A stretch of DNA of 64,000 nucleotides from an uncultured Pseudobdellovibrionaceae bacterium (GCA_964519985.1 CAZFMF010000002.1:71029-135028), one strand, 5' to 3'; positions 18,454 through 28,618 are shown, counted from the first letter of the stretch. The notes: a model not told the origin generated them from the sequence alone. A program made the numbers and translations.

Positions 18454-20382
18454 CTAGCCGGCGGGCTGGAAAGTCAGACGCACCGGGGTGCTGGCTTTGA
18501 CCAATTCCCCCGCGGCGGGTTCTTGGTCCGAAAGATAACCCGTCCCCGAAAGTTTCACGCGGTCGAGACGGTTTCCCATCATCTTTAGCGCATCGCGAAC
18601 GCTGACCCCTTTGAGATCCGGCATCAACCATTGGCCTTCGCCCGCGGGGGCCAGATCCCCAGGGTAAGCCGCACCCACCGCGAATTCTCCAAAGGACGTC
18701 ACCGCCTGCCCCGGCTGTCCGCGTACCAAAGGTAACGCGCGCTCCGCTACCCCTTTGAAGAGCGGGGCGGCGACTTCCGATGCGTAGAACTCTTTGGAAG
18801 GTTCGTCCACCATGACGCCGATCACCATCTCGGGCCGCTCCGCGGGAAGAAAGCCGATGAACGAAGAATAGTACTTTCCCGACTGGTACCCTTCGTCCCG
18901 ATCGTATTTTTGCGCGGTCCCCGTTTTACCGGCCACCCGGACGTTGGGAAGCTTCGCCCGTAACCCCGTACCGCCTTTTTCTTCCGTCACCGAAACCATG
19001 ATGTCGCGAACGACCGCCGCCGTTTTCGGCGAAAGGACACGGTGCATTCCGGTCTTTCCATCCGGCTCATTCTCGAGCACGAGTTTGGGGCGCATTAGGT
19101 AACCTCCGTTCGCAAACGGAAGGTACGACGCCACCGTCTGTAGCGGAGTGGCTGAAATTCCCTGCCCGAAACCTGCGGTCGCCAAGTGAATGGGGGTCCA
19201 CCACTTGGTGGGCTTTTGGCCCGCCGCCGCTTCACCGGAAAGATCGACACCGGTCTTTGCCGTCAGGCCGAATTTTTCCAAGGTGGCCGCGGCGCGTTCG
19301 GCCCCGAGCGTATGCGACACTTTCAACGCTCCGATATTGCTGCTCTGGCGAATCACTTTTTCCAGGGAAAGCTTGTCGAATCCACCCGCGTGCGCCTCGC
19401 TAAACGTTTTATCGGCAATGCGGTACTTGCCGCCTTCACAATCAATGATCGAATCTTTCTTCAGAAGTCCAAGTTCCATTGCCTCGGCGGCGAAGAGCAC
19501 CTTCAGCGTGGAACCCGGTTCCAGCAAATGACCGATCATGCGGTTTTGGAGGGCTTCGGAGCGAAACTTATTGGCCGCGTTGGGATCGAAAGTGGGTCGC
19601 TGCGCCATCGCCAGTATTTCACCGGTGGTGGGATGGAGGATAATTCCCATCGCCGCCTGGGCGTGGGTTTCGCTCATAGTTTTTTCGAGTTCTTCCTCGA
19701 GCAGATTTTGAATGCGCCGGTCAATCGTGAGGTAAATGCCTTTTTTCTCGGACTCATCATTCAAAACCTGACGGCCTACGTAACTGGGTTTGCCCCGGCC
19801 GTCGCGCACCAGAGCGTAGGTGGGTTCGCGCTCCAAAAGCTTTTCGTTCAAACGCAATTCGATGCCCGCCAGACCGTTGCCGTCGATATCCGTGAACCCG
19901 AGAACGTGCGCCGCCAAATTGCCGTTAGGATAAATGCGTTTGTTCTCCGCCTCAATAAAAACACCGGGTAAATTGCGGGCGGCGATTTTTCGGGCGGTTT
20001 CCGACGACACCTGCCGTTCCAACCAAACGAAGGGGCGGTCCACACTCAATTTTTTTACCCACTTTTCCGGACTGCCGCCGAGCATTCCGGAGAGCAATCG
20101 GGCCGTGCGTTTTTTACCCCGCACGAGGCGGGGTCGGGCAAAGACGGAACTGGCCGGAACACTGATCGCCAATTCCTCGCCATTGCGATCGTAGATCGGC
20201 ATTCGGTAGGGGGCATTCTTGCCGGTGCGGTGTAATTGTTTTGCGGCCAGGTTTTTCAGCGCGACATTTGGGAATACCTGGAGCTGGACGAGGCGGGCGG
20301 CCACGAGCCCCAGAAAGAGCGTGAAGCCCATGTAAACGACGGCGGCGCGAACGCGAGTGGTCCTTTCCGTCGTCGGAGTCAT
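18454..20382 (-). CDS. ftsI: peptidoglycan D,D-transpeptidase FtsI (PBP3-like) with C-terminal PASTA-like segment
   Basis: Transpeptidase SxxK/SxN/KTG motifs (KTGTAQK) and an N-terminal membrane anchor; dcw context. Confidence 0.9.
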   Translation of the reverse strand: MTPTTERTTRVRAAVVYMGFTLFLGLVAARLVQLQVFPNVALKNLAAKQLHRTGKNAPYRMPIYDRNGEELAISVPASSVFARPRLVRGKKRTARLLSGMLGGSPEKWVKKLSVDRPFVWLERQVSSETARKIAARNLPGVFIEAENKRIYPNGNLAAHVLGFTDIDGNGLAGIELRLNEKLLEREPTYALVRDGRGKPSYVGRQVLNDESEKKGIYLTIDRRIQNLLEEELEKTMSETHAQAAMGIILHPTTGEILAMAQRPTFDPNAANKFRSEALQNRMIGHLLEPGSTLKVLFAAEAMELGLLKKDSIIDCEGGKYRIADKTFSEAHAGGFDKLSLEKVIRQSSNIGALKVSHTLGAERAAATLEKFGLTAKTGVDLSGEAAAGQKPTKWWTPIHLATAGFGQGISATPLQTVASYLPFANGGYLMRPKLVLENEPDGKTGMHRVLSPKTAAVVRDIMVSVTEEKGGTGLRAKLPNVRVAGKTGTAQKYDRDEGYQSGKYYSSFIGFLPAERPEMVIGVMVDEPSKEFYASEVAAPLFKGVAERALPLVRGQPGQAVTSFGEFAVGAAYPGDLAPAGEGQWLMPDLKGVSVRDALKMMGNRLDRVKLSGTGYLSDQEPAAGELVKASTPVRLTFQPAG

Positions 20383-20383
20383 A

Positions 20384-20671
20384 TCAGTTCAACTGACCTT
20401 TCATCGTGTACTGTACGCGTTGGTTCGAATCGGGGGGAATGAGTTCGAAGCGTTGCGCGAGCGCTTCCAGACGCTTTGGAGCGGTCAACTTGAGCCAACG
20501 GATCCGGAAGTCTTGGATTTGGTCGCCGATGGAGGCGAGCTCTTTTTCTTGTTGCACATACTGGTAGGTGGCCTTCACGGTGGCCGTGCGTACCCAAACC
20601 ACCGCACCACACACCGCAAACAGCACACCAAACCACGCCAGGGTTTCCATTTTTTTGGGGGAGGTTTGCAT
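20384..20671 (-). CDS. ftsL: cell division protein FtsL
   Basis: 95-aa bitopic protein between rsmH and ftsI, with a TM helix and a coiled-coil. Confidence 0.65.
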   Translation of the reverse strand: MQTSPKKMETLAWFGVLFAVCGAVVWVRTATVKATYQYVQQEKELASIGDQIQDFRIRWLKLTAPKRLEALAQRFELIPPDSNQRVQYTMKGQLN

Positions 20672-20695
20672 AAAGGAGGAGAGGAGAAACCTAGG

Positions 20696-21604
20696 TTAAG
20701 TATAACCCAAGTTCTCGACGGTGCGAAGCTTCGCGCTGCGGGATCGGGGGTTCTCCGCCAACTCGGCTTCGGAAGCCGCAATCGGCTTGGTATTCACTAG
20801 CCGCACGAGCTCTTGGCGTGGGCACTCGCACGGGGTGGAGGCGCAGATGCAGCGCCCCGCTAGGCGGGCGAAGGTGCGTTTTACCAATCGATCTTCGGTG
20901 GAGTGAAAGGTGATGACGGCGAGCCTTCCCCCGATGGCCACGTGCTTGAGTAAGGCTGGAATTCCGGTTTCCACTTCGTCGTACTCACGATTGACGATCA
21001 TGCGCAGCGCCAAAAAAACGGGCGTGGCCGGGTGAACTTTGGACCACTTCCCCCCCGCCACGCGAGCGAGATCGGAAGTGCGATTGAGCGTGCCCCGATC
21101 GCGCGCCCGCAAAATGCGCCGGGCCATCCCCCGCGCCTGCGGTAGATCCGCCACACGCTTTAGCTGTTCGGCCAACTCTTCTTCCGAGGTTTCCGCCAAG
21201 TAAGCCTCGAGCGACCGCTCGTCCATGCGATCCATACGCATGTCCAAAGGGCCGTCGGCCTGAAAAGAAAACCCCCGTTCCGGCGTCAAAAGTTGACGGG
21301 TACTGACACCGAGATCCGCCAAGATACCGTCATACTTCCGACGGGGCGCCGCGGCCGCAAACTCGGAAAACGTCATATGGCGCAGTTCCAAACGCGGGTC
21401 ATTCCGAAACTTACCGTGCGCTCGGTAGCTTTCGAGGGTTTCCGAGTCACGGTCGACCCCGACCAAACCCGCCGCGCCGCCTTCCAAGATAGCATCCGAG
21501 TGGCCCCCCTCCCCGAACGTCATGTCGGCGTACCACCCCCCCGGACGCAGATTAAGGGCCTCTATGCACTCCTTGAGCAAAACCGGTCGGTGGATTCTCT
21601 CCAT
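20696..21604 (-). CDS. rsmH: 16S rRNA (cytosine1402-N4)-methyltransferase
   Basis: RsmH/MraW N-terminus HRPVLLKECIEAL and SAM-binding motif; start taken at MERIHRPV. Confidence 0.9.
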   Translation of the reverse strand: MERIHRPVLLKECIEALNLRPGGWYADMTFGEGGHSDAILEGGAAGLVGVDRDSETLESYRAHGKFRNDPRLELRHMTFSEFAAAAPRRKYDGILADLGVSTRQLLTPERGFSFQADGPLDMRMDRMDERSLEAYLAETSEEELAEQLKRVADLPQARGMARRILRARDRGTLNRTSDLARVAGGKWSKVHPATPVFLALRMIVNREYDEVETGIPALLKHVAIGGRLAVITFHSTEDRLVKRTFARLAGRCICASTPCECPRQELVRLVNTKPIAASEAELAENPRSRSAKLRTVENLGYT

Positions 21605-21684
21605 GGAAGAGGGGTTTACCACGTTTGACGTGGCGCAGGATAAGGCCGCCCGCTTTTTTTTCCGATAAGCATTCGGGAGCCAAT

Positions 21685-22011
21685 ATGAACATCAAGTCCA
21701 TTCCGGCCAGCCAGAGTGTCAATGCCGTCAAGGATACGGCGGAGGAGGGACGGCAGCCCCCGAACCGGGACGCGAAGTCCGGCAAAGACGAAAAACGCAC
21801 CAAGGCCACCGAAGCGACCGAAGTGAAATCAGAGAGTCTCTCGCCGGAGGCGGGGGACGATTCCTTGCGCCAGAGTCAGAAAGTAGATAGCCAAACGCTC
21901 GTAGAACTCCTCAACCATATTCCGAAACTTCCCTCCCGCGCCAAATTTCCGACACCGCCTAAAGTCGATGCCGCGGCGGCTTCCGTCAAAAAACCGAACC
22001 GCTCCGTCTAA
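21685..22011 (+). CDS. hypothetical low-complexity protein divergent from rsmH (the usual mraZ position)
   Basis: ATG after GGGAG; 108 aa rich in K/E/S/P; no homology recognised. Confidence 0.3.
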   Translation: MNIKSIPASQSVNAVKDTAEEGRQPPNRDAKSGKDEKRTKATEATEVKSESLSPEAGDDSLRQSQKVDSQTLVELLNHIPKLPSRAKFPTPPKVDAAAASVKKPNRSV

Positions 22012-22124
22012 TCCCCGTCCGATTTTCTTCCGTTGCCCGCCCGAAACGCCGTTTGAACCTTTGAAAGCCTCCCGTTCCCTTCTAAAATAAAGATAGAGGC
22101 CCAAGTCATTTACCAGGCCGCGCC

Positions 22125-22160
22125 GTCATTGCGAGCCCAACGGGCGAAGCAATCTCATTC
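22125..22160. repeat. REP-like element, family A copy (short)
   Basis: GTCATTGCGAG-CCCAACGGG-CGAAGCAATCTC. Confidence 0.55.
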
Positions 22161-22184
22161 CCCTAAATCGAATCCGGAGAACCC

Positions 22185-23597
22185 GTGCCCATTAACATGG
22201 ACGCCATCCAGAATCTTGCGCCCGAGCTTCAGCGCATTTTCTCGGCTTCCATGAAAGCTGAGGCCAAACCCATCCAGACCGCCGAGGAACGCAAGGGACA
22301 CGTCGAAGAACGGCTCAAGCTCTTGAACACCGTTCTGGGGAAAGTGGAGGAAGTGAAAAAGCTGCTTCCGAACATGGGCACTCCCTTTGCGATTCGCGAA
22401 TTGAACGTCGCCAGCACCAACGACAAAATTGCCACCGGTACCGCCGATAAGACCTTGGCTGAGACGGGTGAGCACTCGCTTGAAGTGCTCCAGCTCGCGA
22501 GCAATGCCGCCGCCCTGTCGAATCGCTTTCCCGACAAAAATGAAACGCGCATCGGCACCGGTTACTTTAAATTTTACGGTCCCGATGGGACGACCCAGGA
22601 AGTTTTCATCGACAATGATAACGCGACTTTGGAAGGCGTAGCGCGCGTCATCAATAGCGCCGGGGTCGGTATGAAGGCGAGCGTGGTCAATGACCAGGCG
22701 GATCCCGACAACCCCTATCGCCTCATCCTGAACGCCGCCGGTCAGGGCGTCGACCAGAACGTCGAATATCCCGAATTCTATTTTATCGACGGTGACTCCG
22801 ATTTTTTTATCGAAGAAGAGCGACCGGCCACCAACGCCCGCATCAAATACCAAGGTTTCGAGTTGGAAAGCCCGACCAACGATCTGAATGAGCTCATCGC
22901 CGGCGTGGCCTTGAACATAAAGGGGACTACCCCCGAAGGTCAGCCGCTGGGCATCTCGATCGAGCAAGACATTCCCAAAACCACGGTGAAGATGAAAGAC
23001 ATCGTCAATGCCGTGAACGGAGTCCTCGGCTTCGTACAGGAACAAAACAAAATGGATGCGAAGACCCCGGGTCACAAGACCTTAGGTGGCGACTACGGAA
23101 TCCGCATGGCCGAACAGCGCCTGCGCGAAGTCATCCAGCAGAACTTCACCGGCAGCTACGATGGCCCGAGCCGGATGAAAATCCTTTCCGACATGGGCGT
23201 GGAATTCAAAAAAGACGGTTTGCTCTCCTTCGACGAAAAAAAATTCTCCGTCGCGCTGGACGGTAATTTCGATGCCACCGTGCGCCTACTCGCGGGGGAC
23301 GGTTTTCGACCGGGCTTCATTCCTCAACTTTCGAGTGTGCTGTCTTCCCTCACCGTTCCCGGGACCGGATTGCTGTCCAATCAAAGGGCCACCTACCAAG
23401 AAAAGGTAGAGCGAATGAACAAGGACATTAAGCGCAAGGAAGATGCGCTGGAAAAGAAATCCGAAAACCTAATCAACAAACTCTCCAAGATTCAGGGGGC
23501 ATTTTCCCAGATGCAATCGCAGCAAGGGGCCGTCGCCGGAATTGGCGGAGCTGGATCGGCCGGGCCGGCCGGACCCGCCGCGGGACCTCGGGGTTAA
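22185..23597 (+). CDS. fliD: flagellar filament capping protein (hook-associated protein 2)
   Basis: 470 aa with FliD N- and C-terminal coiled-coil segments; immediately upstream of fliS; GTG start after GGAGAA. Confidence 0.8.
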   Translation: MPINMDAIQNLAPELQRIFSASMKAEAKPIQTAEERKGHVEERLKLLNTVLGKVEEVKKLLPNMGTPFAIRELNVASTNDKIATGTADKTLAETGEHSLEVLQLASNAAALSNRFPDKNETRIGTGYFKFYGPDGTTQEVFIDNDNATLEGVARVINSAGVGMKASVVNDQADPDNPYRLILNAAGQGVDQNVEYPEFYFIDGDSDFFIEEERPATNARIKYQGFELESPTNDLNELIAGVALNIKGTTPEGQPLGISIEQDIPKTTVKMKDIVNAVNGVLGFVQEQNKMDAKTPGHKTLGGDYGIRMAEQRLREVIQQNFTGSYDGPSRMKILSDMGVEFKKDGLLSFDEKKFSVALDGNFDATVRLLAGDGFRPGFIPQLSSVLSSLTVPGTGLLSNQRATYQEKVERMNKDIKRKEDALEKKSENLINKLSKIQGAFSQMQSQQGAVAGIGGAGSAGPAGPAAGPRG

Positions 23598-23604
23598 ACC
23601 ATAG

Positions 23605-24018
23605 ATGAGCAATCCAAATAAAAAAGCCGGAGTCAACGCCTACCGGCAGAACGAAGTGATGACGGCGAACAAAGAAACCGTCTTGGTCCTGCTCTACGCC
23701 GGAGCCATTCGCTTTTTGAAGCAAGCAATTGAGGCGGTCGAGAACAAAAAGATCGCCGATAAGGCCAAACACCTGCTCCGCGTCCACGAAATCGTGACGG
23801 AGTTACGCGCGGGCCTCAACTTCGAGGCCGGCGGGGGCGAAATCGCCAAGAACCTAGAACGCCTTTACGACTTCATCACGGATCGTTTGACCCAGGGGAA
23901 TCTGACCAACACGGTCCCTCCCCTACAGGAAGCTTTGTCCGTACTAACCACCTTGCACGAGGCGTGGGAACAAGCCATCGCCTTGATCAAGAAAGAGAAA
24001 GCGTCGGCCGAAAAATGA
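23605..24018 (+). CDS. fliS: flagellar export chaperone FliS
   Basis: 137-aa four-helix FliS family (AYRQNEV...LLYAGAIRFL...LYDFITDRL). Confidence 0.9.
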   Translation: MSNPNKKAGVNAYRQNEVMTANKETVLVLLYAGAIRFLKQAIEAVENKKIADKAKHLLRVHEIVTELRAGLNFEAGGGEIAKNLERLYDFITDRLTQGNLTNTVPPLQEALSVLTTLHEAWEQAIALIKKEKASAEK

Positions 24019-24479
24019 AAAATGCAAAACAACGGGGGAGCGCGATGGAAGAAGTGGTCTATTACTTGGAGTTGAAGAACAAGTTTTACGAAAAATTCCT
24101 CTCCGTGACCGCCAATTTCCTCACGCACGTGCAGCAGGATCGCTGGGAAAACGTGGAATACTTCATGGACAACCGGGAGCGCATTCTCAATATTATTCGC
24201 TCCTACGACTTCAAGATCGCGGAGCTCTTTCAGCAGATCAATGTCGCCTCCTCCAAACTCGAAAGTTACGGAGATCGAGTCAAGGGCCTCCTCGAGGAAC
24301 GCGAGAAACTGGGTAAACGCATTATCGATCAAGACCTCGTGCTCATCGGAAAAATCGATGAAGTCCGCATGGAGACCATCCGGGAAATCAAGAAGACTCA
24401 GGAAACCGGTCAGAAGCTTCATTCCTTCGCCGGCGGCGCCCCGGCCCCGAAGCGTGGAAAACTGCCGAAGGATATCTAG
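24015..24479 (+). CDS. coiled-coil protein, possible FliT-like flagellar chaperone
   Basis: ATGA start/stop overlap with fliS; 154 aa predicted alpha-helical; assignment by position only. Confidence 0.3.
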   Translation: MKNAKQRGSAMEEVVYYLELKNKFYEKFLSVTANFLTHVQQDRWENVEYFMDNRERILNIIRSYDFKIAELFQQINVASSKLESYGDRVKGLLEEREKLGKRIIDQDLVLIGKIDEVRMETIREIKKTQETGQKLHSFAGGAPAPKRGKLPKDI

Positions 24480-24480
24480 C

Positions 24481-24572
24481 GTCGTTGCGGTCATTGCGAG
24501 CGAAGCGTGGCAATCCCGCATCGCTCCGCGATGCGAGCTCGCTTCAGACCTACGGTCTTCGCGATGACGGAC
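24481..24572. repeat. REP-like palindromic element, family A copy (large)
   Basis: GTCGTTGCGGTCATTGCGAGCGAAGCGTGGCAATCC...CTTCGCGATGACGGACGG, followed by further palindromes (GTCAATT...AATTGAC) up to ~24690. Confidence 0.65.
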
Positions 24573-24692
24573 GGACCGTCAATTTCTTGTCGCCGTTGAG
24601 TGCAATTGACGTGACTACATCGCGTCAAAGCGAGGAATCACAGCGATTTTTTCGGCAATGCGTGGCATGGACCTTGCTCATCCATTGGGGTA

Positions 24693-25829
24693 ATGCAGAA
24701 CCCCCAGAAGACTTCCGGCGAGTCCCCTTTCTTCAACCTTCTCGCGGGCGCGGATGAAGTGCAGATCCGCGAAATTTCCGCCGACGCTCCCGAGCGCATG
24801 GTCTCGAGCCTCGAAAAGACGTTGAGGGACTTCGAGCCCGAAAAAGACCGTAAGAACCTTCGTACGTTCTTCGTTCACATCAAAACGCCGGCCGAGATCA
24901 AAGCCGAACCCACGGAAAAGCGGCCGTACGACTTGCAGCAGCTCCAGTTGAGCGCGGATTTGCTGCTCCAGAGCCAAGATTACCTGCTGGCCCGCAATAT
25001 CTTCTCTTACCTGCTCCAACAGAACTTGCGCGACGCGATCGCCCTGCGCGGCTTGGGCATCTGCCTTTTCAAGCTGGGTGAAGTGGTTTCTTCCCGCAAG
25101 TGTTTCCGCGCGCTCGTGGAACTCTACCAATCGCAAGAAGCCAACTACTGGCTGGCGCTCGGGTATCAGGCCGAGAGCAAAGATGCGATCGCCGCCGTCC
25201 ACCTCGAAAAAGTCACGAACCCGGGGGTCCTTTCCGCCGACATGCGGTTTGACCTCTTTAAAACCTTTGGCAATTGCCTGACGCGCCTGGGCCAGCTCGA
25301 TCGCGCCGAAGCGAAATATATTCAAGCCTTGGAGTTGAATCCATCGTCGGACACCATTCACGTCAATCTCGGTACCCTACTGATTCAGCGCCAAGAATGG
25401 GAAAAAGCCCGGGAACGATTCCACCGCGCTGCGGAATTGAACCCGGCAAGCTCGCGCGCCGTGTGTGGTTTGGGCCTCGTTTCGCTGGCCGCCGGTAATC
25501 CGCTCGAAGCCAAAAAACACTTTCACCGCTCTCTGGATCTGGATTCGCAGAACTTGGTCTCCTTGCACCAGCTGCTCCAGCTTCCGTCCGAAGCCACCGA
25601 GTATCCGGATCTCAAGGCGCGCTTGCGCGCGTACTTGGAGAAGGAACCCAATCATGCCGATTCCCACTACGCTCTGGCCGTCCTGCTGTTCAAGGAAGGC
25701 AGCTGGAAGGCCTGCGAGGCCCATACGAAGCGCGCGGTGGAGATCGATCCAAAGCACGAACGCGCGATGAAGCTCCGTATGGAGCTCAACAACCTGGTCC
25801 ACACCCAGGTCGGCAACGCGCACGACTAA
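24693..25829 (+). CDS. tetratricopeptide repeat protein
   Basis: Multiple TPR-like helical repeats (AKYIQALELNP, ARERFHRAAELNP, AKKHFHRSLDLD, AHTKRAVEIDP). Confidence 0.7.
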   Translation: MQNPQKTSGESPFFNLLAGADEVQIREISADAPERMVSSLEKTLRDFEPEKDRKNLRTFFVHIKTPAEIKAEPTEKRPYDLQQLQLSADLLLQSQDYLLARNIFSYLLQQNLRDAIALRGLGICLFKLGEVVSSRKCFRALVELYQSQEANYWLALGYQAESKDAIAAVHLEKVTNPGVLSADMRFDLFKTFGNCLTRLGQLDRAEAKYIQALELNPSSDTIHVNLGTLLIQRQEWEKARERFHRAAELNPASSRAVCGLGLVSLAAGNPLEAKKHFHRSLDLDSQNLVSLHQLLQLPSEATEYPDLKARLRAYLEKEPNHADSHYALAVLLFKEGSWKACEAHTKRAVEIDPKHERAMKLRMELNNLVHTQVGNAHD

Positions 25830-25845
25830 TTTTCAGAGGTTTAAA

Positions 25846-25895
25846 AGGTACCCGCTACCTTTCCAGGCAGGTCTGCCTGGAAAGGTAGCGGATAC
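25846..25895. repeat. palindromic element, family B copy
   Basis: GGTACCCGCTACCTTTCCAGGCAG / CTGCCTGGAAAGGTAGCGGATACC; related to 44858..44937. Confidence 0.65.
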
Positions 25896-25921
25896 CAAAA
25901 AACATATTCAAGGGGGAGACC

Positions 25922-26542
25922 GTGATTCGCATCTCTATCGATGACAGTCTGGCCGAAGAAACCCGTTGGGAACTCGCGGAATGCGTGGAAGACGTCGTGA
26001 ACGCCGTCGTTTCCAACCTGCCCCCTAACCGCATTGTTACGAGCATCTTCGTGGACGGGCAACAGGTACCCCGTCAGCAAGCGAGCCAGGCCCTGAAGGG
26101 TCGCTTGGAGGCCATTCGCGAGTTGCAGATCCGCACGGCGGATGCCCACACCTGGGCCTCCCATGGTTTGGATCGGGCCGTCTCGGACATCGACCGCCTG
26201 CAGAAGAGCCTCCAAGCCGCCGCCGAATTGTACTGGGAAGGCAAAGTCGGGGAAGGCAGCCGCATCTTCGTACGCTGTGTGGAGGGCTTGGAGCGCTTCT
26301 TGGAAACGATTGTGCTCACGCGTCTCGCCATGAACCTCGACTTCCAGCGACTCACCGTCGATGGGATTTCGCTGGCTCGATTGGAAAATGATTTTGCGCT
26401 CACCCTGCGTCGGATCGTGGACTGCCAAGAGCGCCAGGACTATGAAGGCCTGGCCGACCGGGTGGAGTTTTCTCTCCTGCCCTGCTTCTCCAGCTGGACC
26501 CGGGCCCTGATTCAAATCCAGCGATCGCTCGCCGAAGACTGA
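25922..26542 (+). CDS. hypothetical protein
   Basis: 206 aa; GTG start after AGGGGGAG; no recognised domain. Confidence 0.4.
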   Translation: MIRISIDDSLAEETRWELAECVEDVVNAVVSNLPPNRIVTSIFVDGQQVPRQQASQALKGRLEAIRELQIRTADAHTWASHGLDRAVSDIDRLQKSLQAAAELYWEGKVGEGSRIFVRCVEGLERFLETIVLTRLAMNLDFQRLTVDGISLARLENDFALTLRRIVDCQERQDYEGLADRVEFSLLPCFSSWTRALIQIQRSLAED

Positions 26543-26558
26543 GATACGAAGGGAATGC

Positions 26559-27554
26559 TTATTTTCCGACCGGAAGATAGGTCACGACGATCGTCGTGCC
26601 CTCGGGCGGCGTCACGTCGAAAACGATTTCCCGTGTCGCCGCTTCGAAAGTCCAATTGTAACCGGGGATTTCCACCGCATCGCGCATGATGCTGACCTTC
26701 AGAGTTTCCAGTTGCGGGAGGCCCTGGATGGGAAAGCGCTTCGGCAGCACTTTCAGCTGCAAACCGCTCAAATCAAAGTCGTTCACAAAACCGGGAGTGC
26801 AGAGATCCGCGGTATCGCCACCGAGCTTATTTGCCAACCGGAAGAACCGATCTTCATAGGTACCAGGTGACGTATCGATTTCGTTATCGGTCGAGCGCGC
26901 GCACCGCATTTCGGGCGTCACCGCACCGGGCGCCGCCGGCATATAGTTCGCGGCATAAACCCGCAGCAAGTCGTTGCGACCGTTCTTCAACGCCAAAATC
27001 TTATCCCCGAAGTGCTCGACTGGATCCACACCGGTCGGCGCGGTCGATTCGTCATCGCTATAGGACAAGTACACCAACACCAGCGGCAGGCGCGGGTCGG
27101 TGAGGAACGTCTTGGTCAGCGCTTCGTACGACGCTTCGATGCCGAAGTTCGTGGCGCTGGTCGAGAGGTTCAATAAGGGGAAGAAAATGTCGCCGAAGAA
27201 ACCGACTCGCTGGGCCAACGTGCCGTCACCGCGGGTCAAAATCCGGGGCGCACTGATCGGCTTCAAAACGCCTTTGTGGTAAACGCCGTCCATACTGGTA
27301 ATCCCCATACGGTACTGGCCGTACTGACCCAGCTGGCTATCAATCTTCACGAAAAGGTTCTGCGCTTCGGTAATCAAGTTGTCGCGGTAGTTGCGCATCG
27401 GCGAGCGATCATCAATCACCCAAAGCACTTCGAGGTAATGCGGGTTGTAATCCTGGGCAAAGGTCTCGGTGGTCGAAGACGACACGAAATTCTCGGTGTC
27501 ACTGCAACCCGCGAAAACCGACAGAATACAAAGGGTGATTAAAAAACGCTTCAT
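26559..27554 (-). CDS. lipoprotein (hypothetical)
   Basis: Lipobox VFAGCS; 331 aa; last gene of the putative 30574->26559 operon. Confidence 0.5.
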   Translation of the reverse strand: MKRFLITLCILSVFAGCSDTENFVSSSTTETFAQDYNPHYLEVLWVIDDRSPMRNYRDNLITEAQNLFVKIDSQLGQYGQYRMGITSMDGVYHKGVLKPISAPRILTRGDGTLAQRVGFFGDIFFPLLNLSTSATNFGIEASYEALTKTFLTDPRLPLVLVYLSYSDDESTAPTGVDPVEHFGDKILALKNGRNDLLRVYAANYMPAAPGAVTPEMRCARSTDNEIDTSPGTYEDRFFRLANKLGGDTADLCTPGFVNDFDLSGLQLKVLPKRFPIQGLPQLETLKVSIMRDAVEIPGYNWTFEAATREIVFDVTPPEGTTIVVTYLPVGK

Positions 27555-27687
27555 ACCGCGCTCTTGGATTGCAAGTTGTTCGCCAGGCTCAGAGCGAGAT
27601 CGGACCGCTACGATTTCAACGGCTTGAGTGTGGACTTTCGGGATGCAGGGGCGTCACTTCCTAGGCACGAGTGACGGTTTGCGGCAG

Positions 27688-28617
27688 CTACCCTTCGCGG
27701 CGCGCGAGACGGCGTCGGACCTCGACCAGGCGTTCGGTAATGCGGTAGGGATCCCACCCGGTGGGCTCCGACGCGGTTTCCACGAAGCGGCGAAGCCAGC
27801 GGCGGCCTTCGGCCTCGGCTCCCGGAGTGGCATTGAGTGCCGTCCCCAACGCCAGATAGACGATCGGTGGCGGATCCTCTTTGCCCTTCCCCACCAGCCC
27901 CTTGAGGAGCGTGGTCGCGGCGGCGTAGTTGCCGATCTCATTGAGGGCCAGTCCGTAGAGGGCTTTGAGGCCATTGTCCATCGGCCCGTCCCAGCTTTTT
28001 AGGATCTCAATCGCTTCGCCGTAGTTTTTGAAATAGAAGTGCGCCTCGGCGAAATCCGCCAACGTCTTTTCGTCGTAAGGGTAGCTGCGCGCGGCCGCGC
28101 GTAAGCTCTGGTAGTAGAGATTCCAGTAGCCCAGCTGTTTTTCCGTGTCGGCCTTCAGCCGCAGAATCGCGAACTGCCCGCGATCGGCATTGGCCGCCTG
28201 ATTCAGCAGCCCCAGTGCGGCCGCACCCTCGCCGCGCTCCAAGCGATGCTTCCCCTGCAGGTAAAAATTTTGCGCCTGGTCGGTGAGAAAACTGTTTTGC
28301 AATTCCCAGAAGCGGCGTTTGAGTGCGAGGCGATTTTCCCGCGAAAAGCGACGAGTCGGGTCACCCAACAAGGTGCCCAATTGCTCCATGATGGCCGAGC
28401 GCCCATCCGTCCATAACGAGAGCTCCGCCACGCGCACAATGGCGAGAAGATTGTCTGGCTCTGATTCAATGACTTGCCGCCAAAGCTTGAGCGACTGGGC
28501 GTAGGCATCTTGCCGGTAGTAATATTCCGCGGCGGCGACCGGCGGTACCGGCTTGGCCCAGACCGACTCCGCCGCCAAACAAGCCGCCAAAGTCAGTGAG
28601 CTCCGCAAAGTCGCCAT
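27688..28617 (-). CDS. secreted TPR-like repeat protein
   Basis: Signal peptide MATLRSSLTLAACLAAESVWA; helical repeat content. Confidence 0.5.
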   Translation of the reverse strand: MATLRSSLTLAACLAAESVWAKPVPPVAAAEYYYRQDAYAQSLKLWRQVIESEPDNLLAIVRVAELSLWTDGRSAIMEQLGTLLGDPTRRFSRENRLALKRRFWELQNSFLTDQAQNFYLQGKHRLERGEGAAALGLLNQAANADRGQFAILRLKADTEKQLGYWNLYYQSLRAAARSYPYDEKTLADFAEAHFYFKNYGEAIEILKSWDGPMDNGLKALYGLALNEIGNYAAATTLLKGLVGKGKEDPPPIVYLALGTALNATPGAEAEGRRWLRRFVETASEPTGWDPYRITERLVEVRRRLARREG

Positions 28618-28618
28618 T

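Noticed and set aside
22150-22184. Looked for a sigma-28 (TAAA-N15-GCCGATAA) promoter upstream of fliD
   Set aside because: Only TAAATCG is present, with no GCCGATAA-like -10. The site cannot be supported.
22155-23075. 306-aa minus-strand ORF
   Set aside because: It is antisense to fliD and reads as a typical high-GC shadow ORF.
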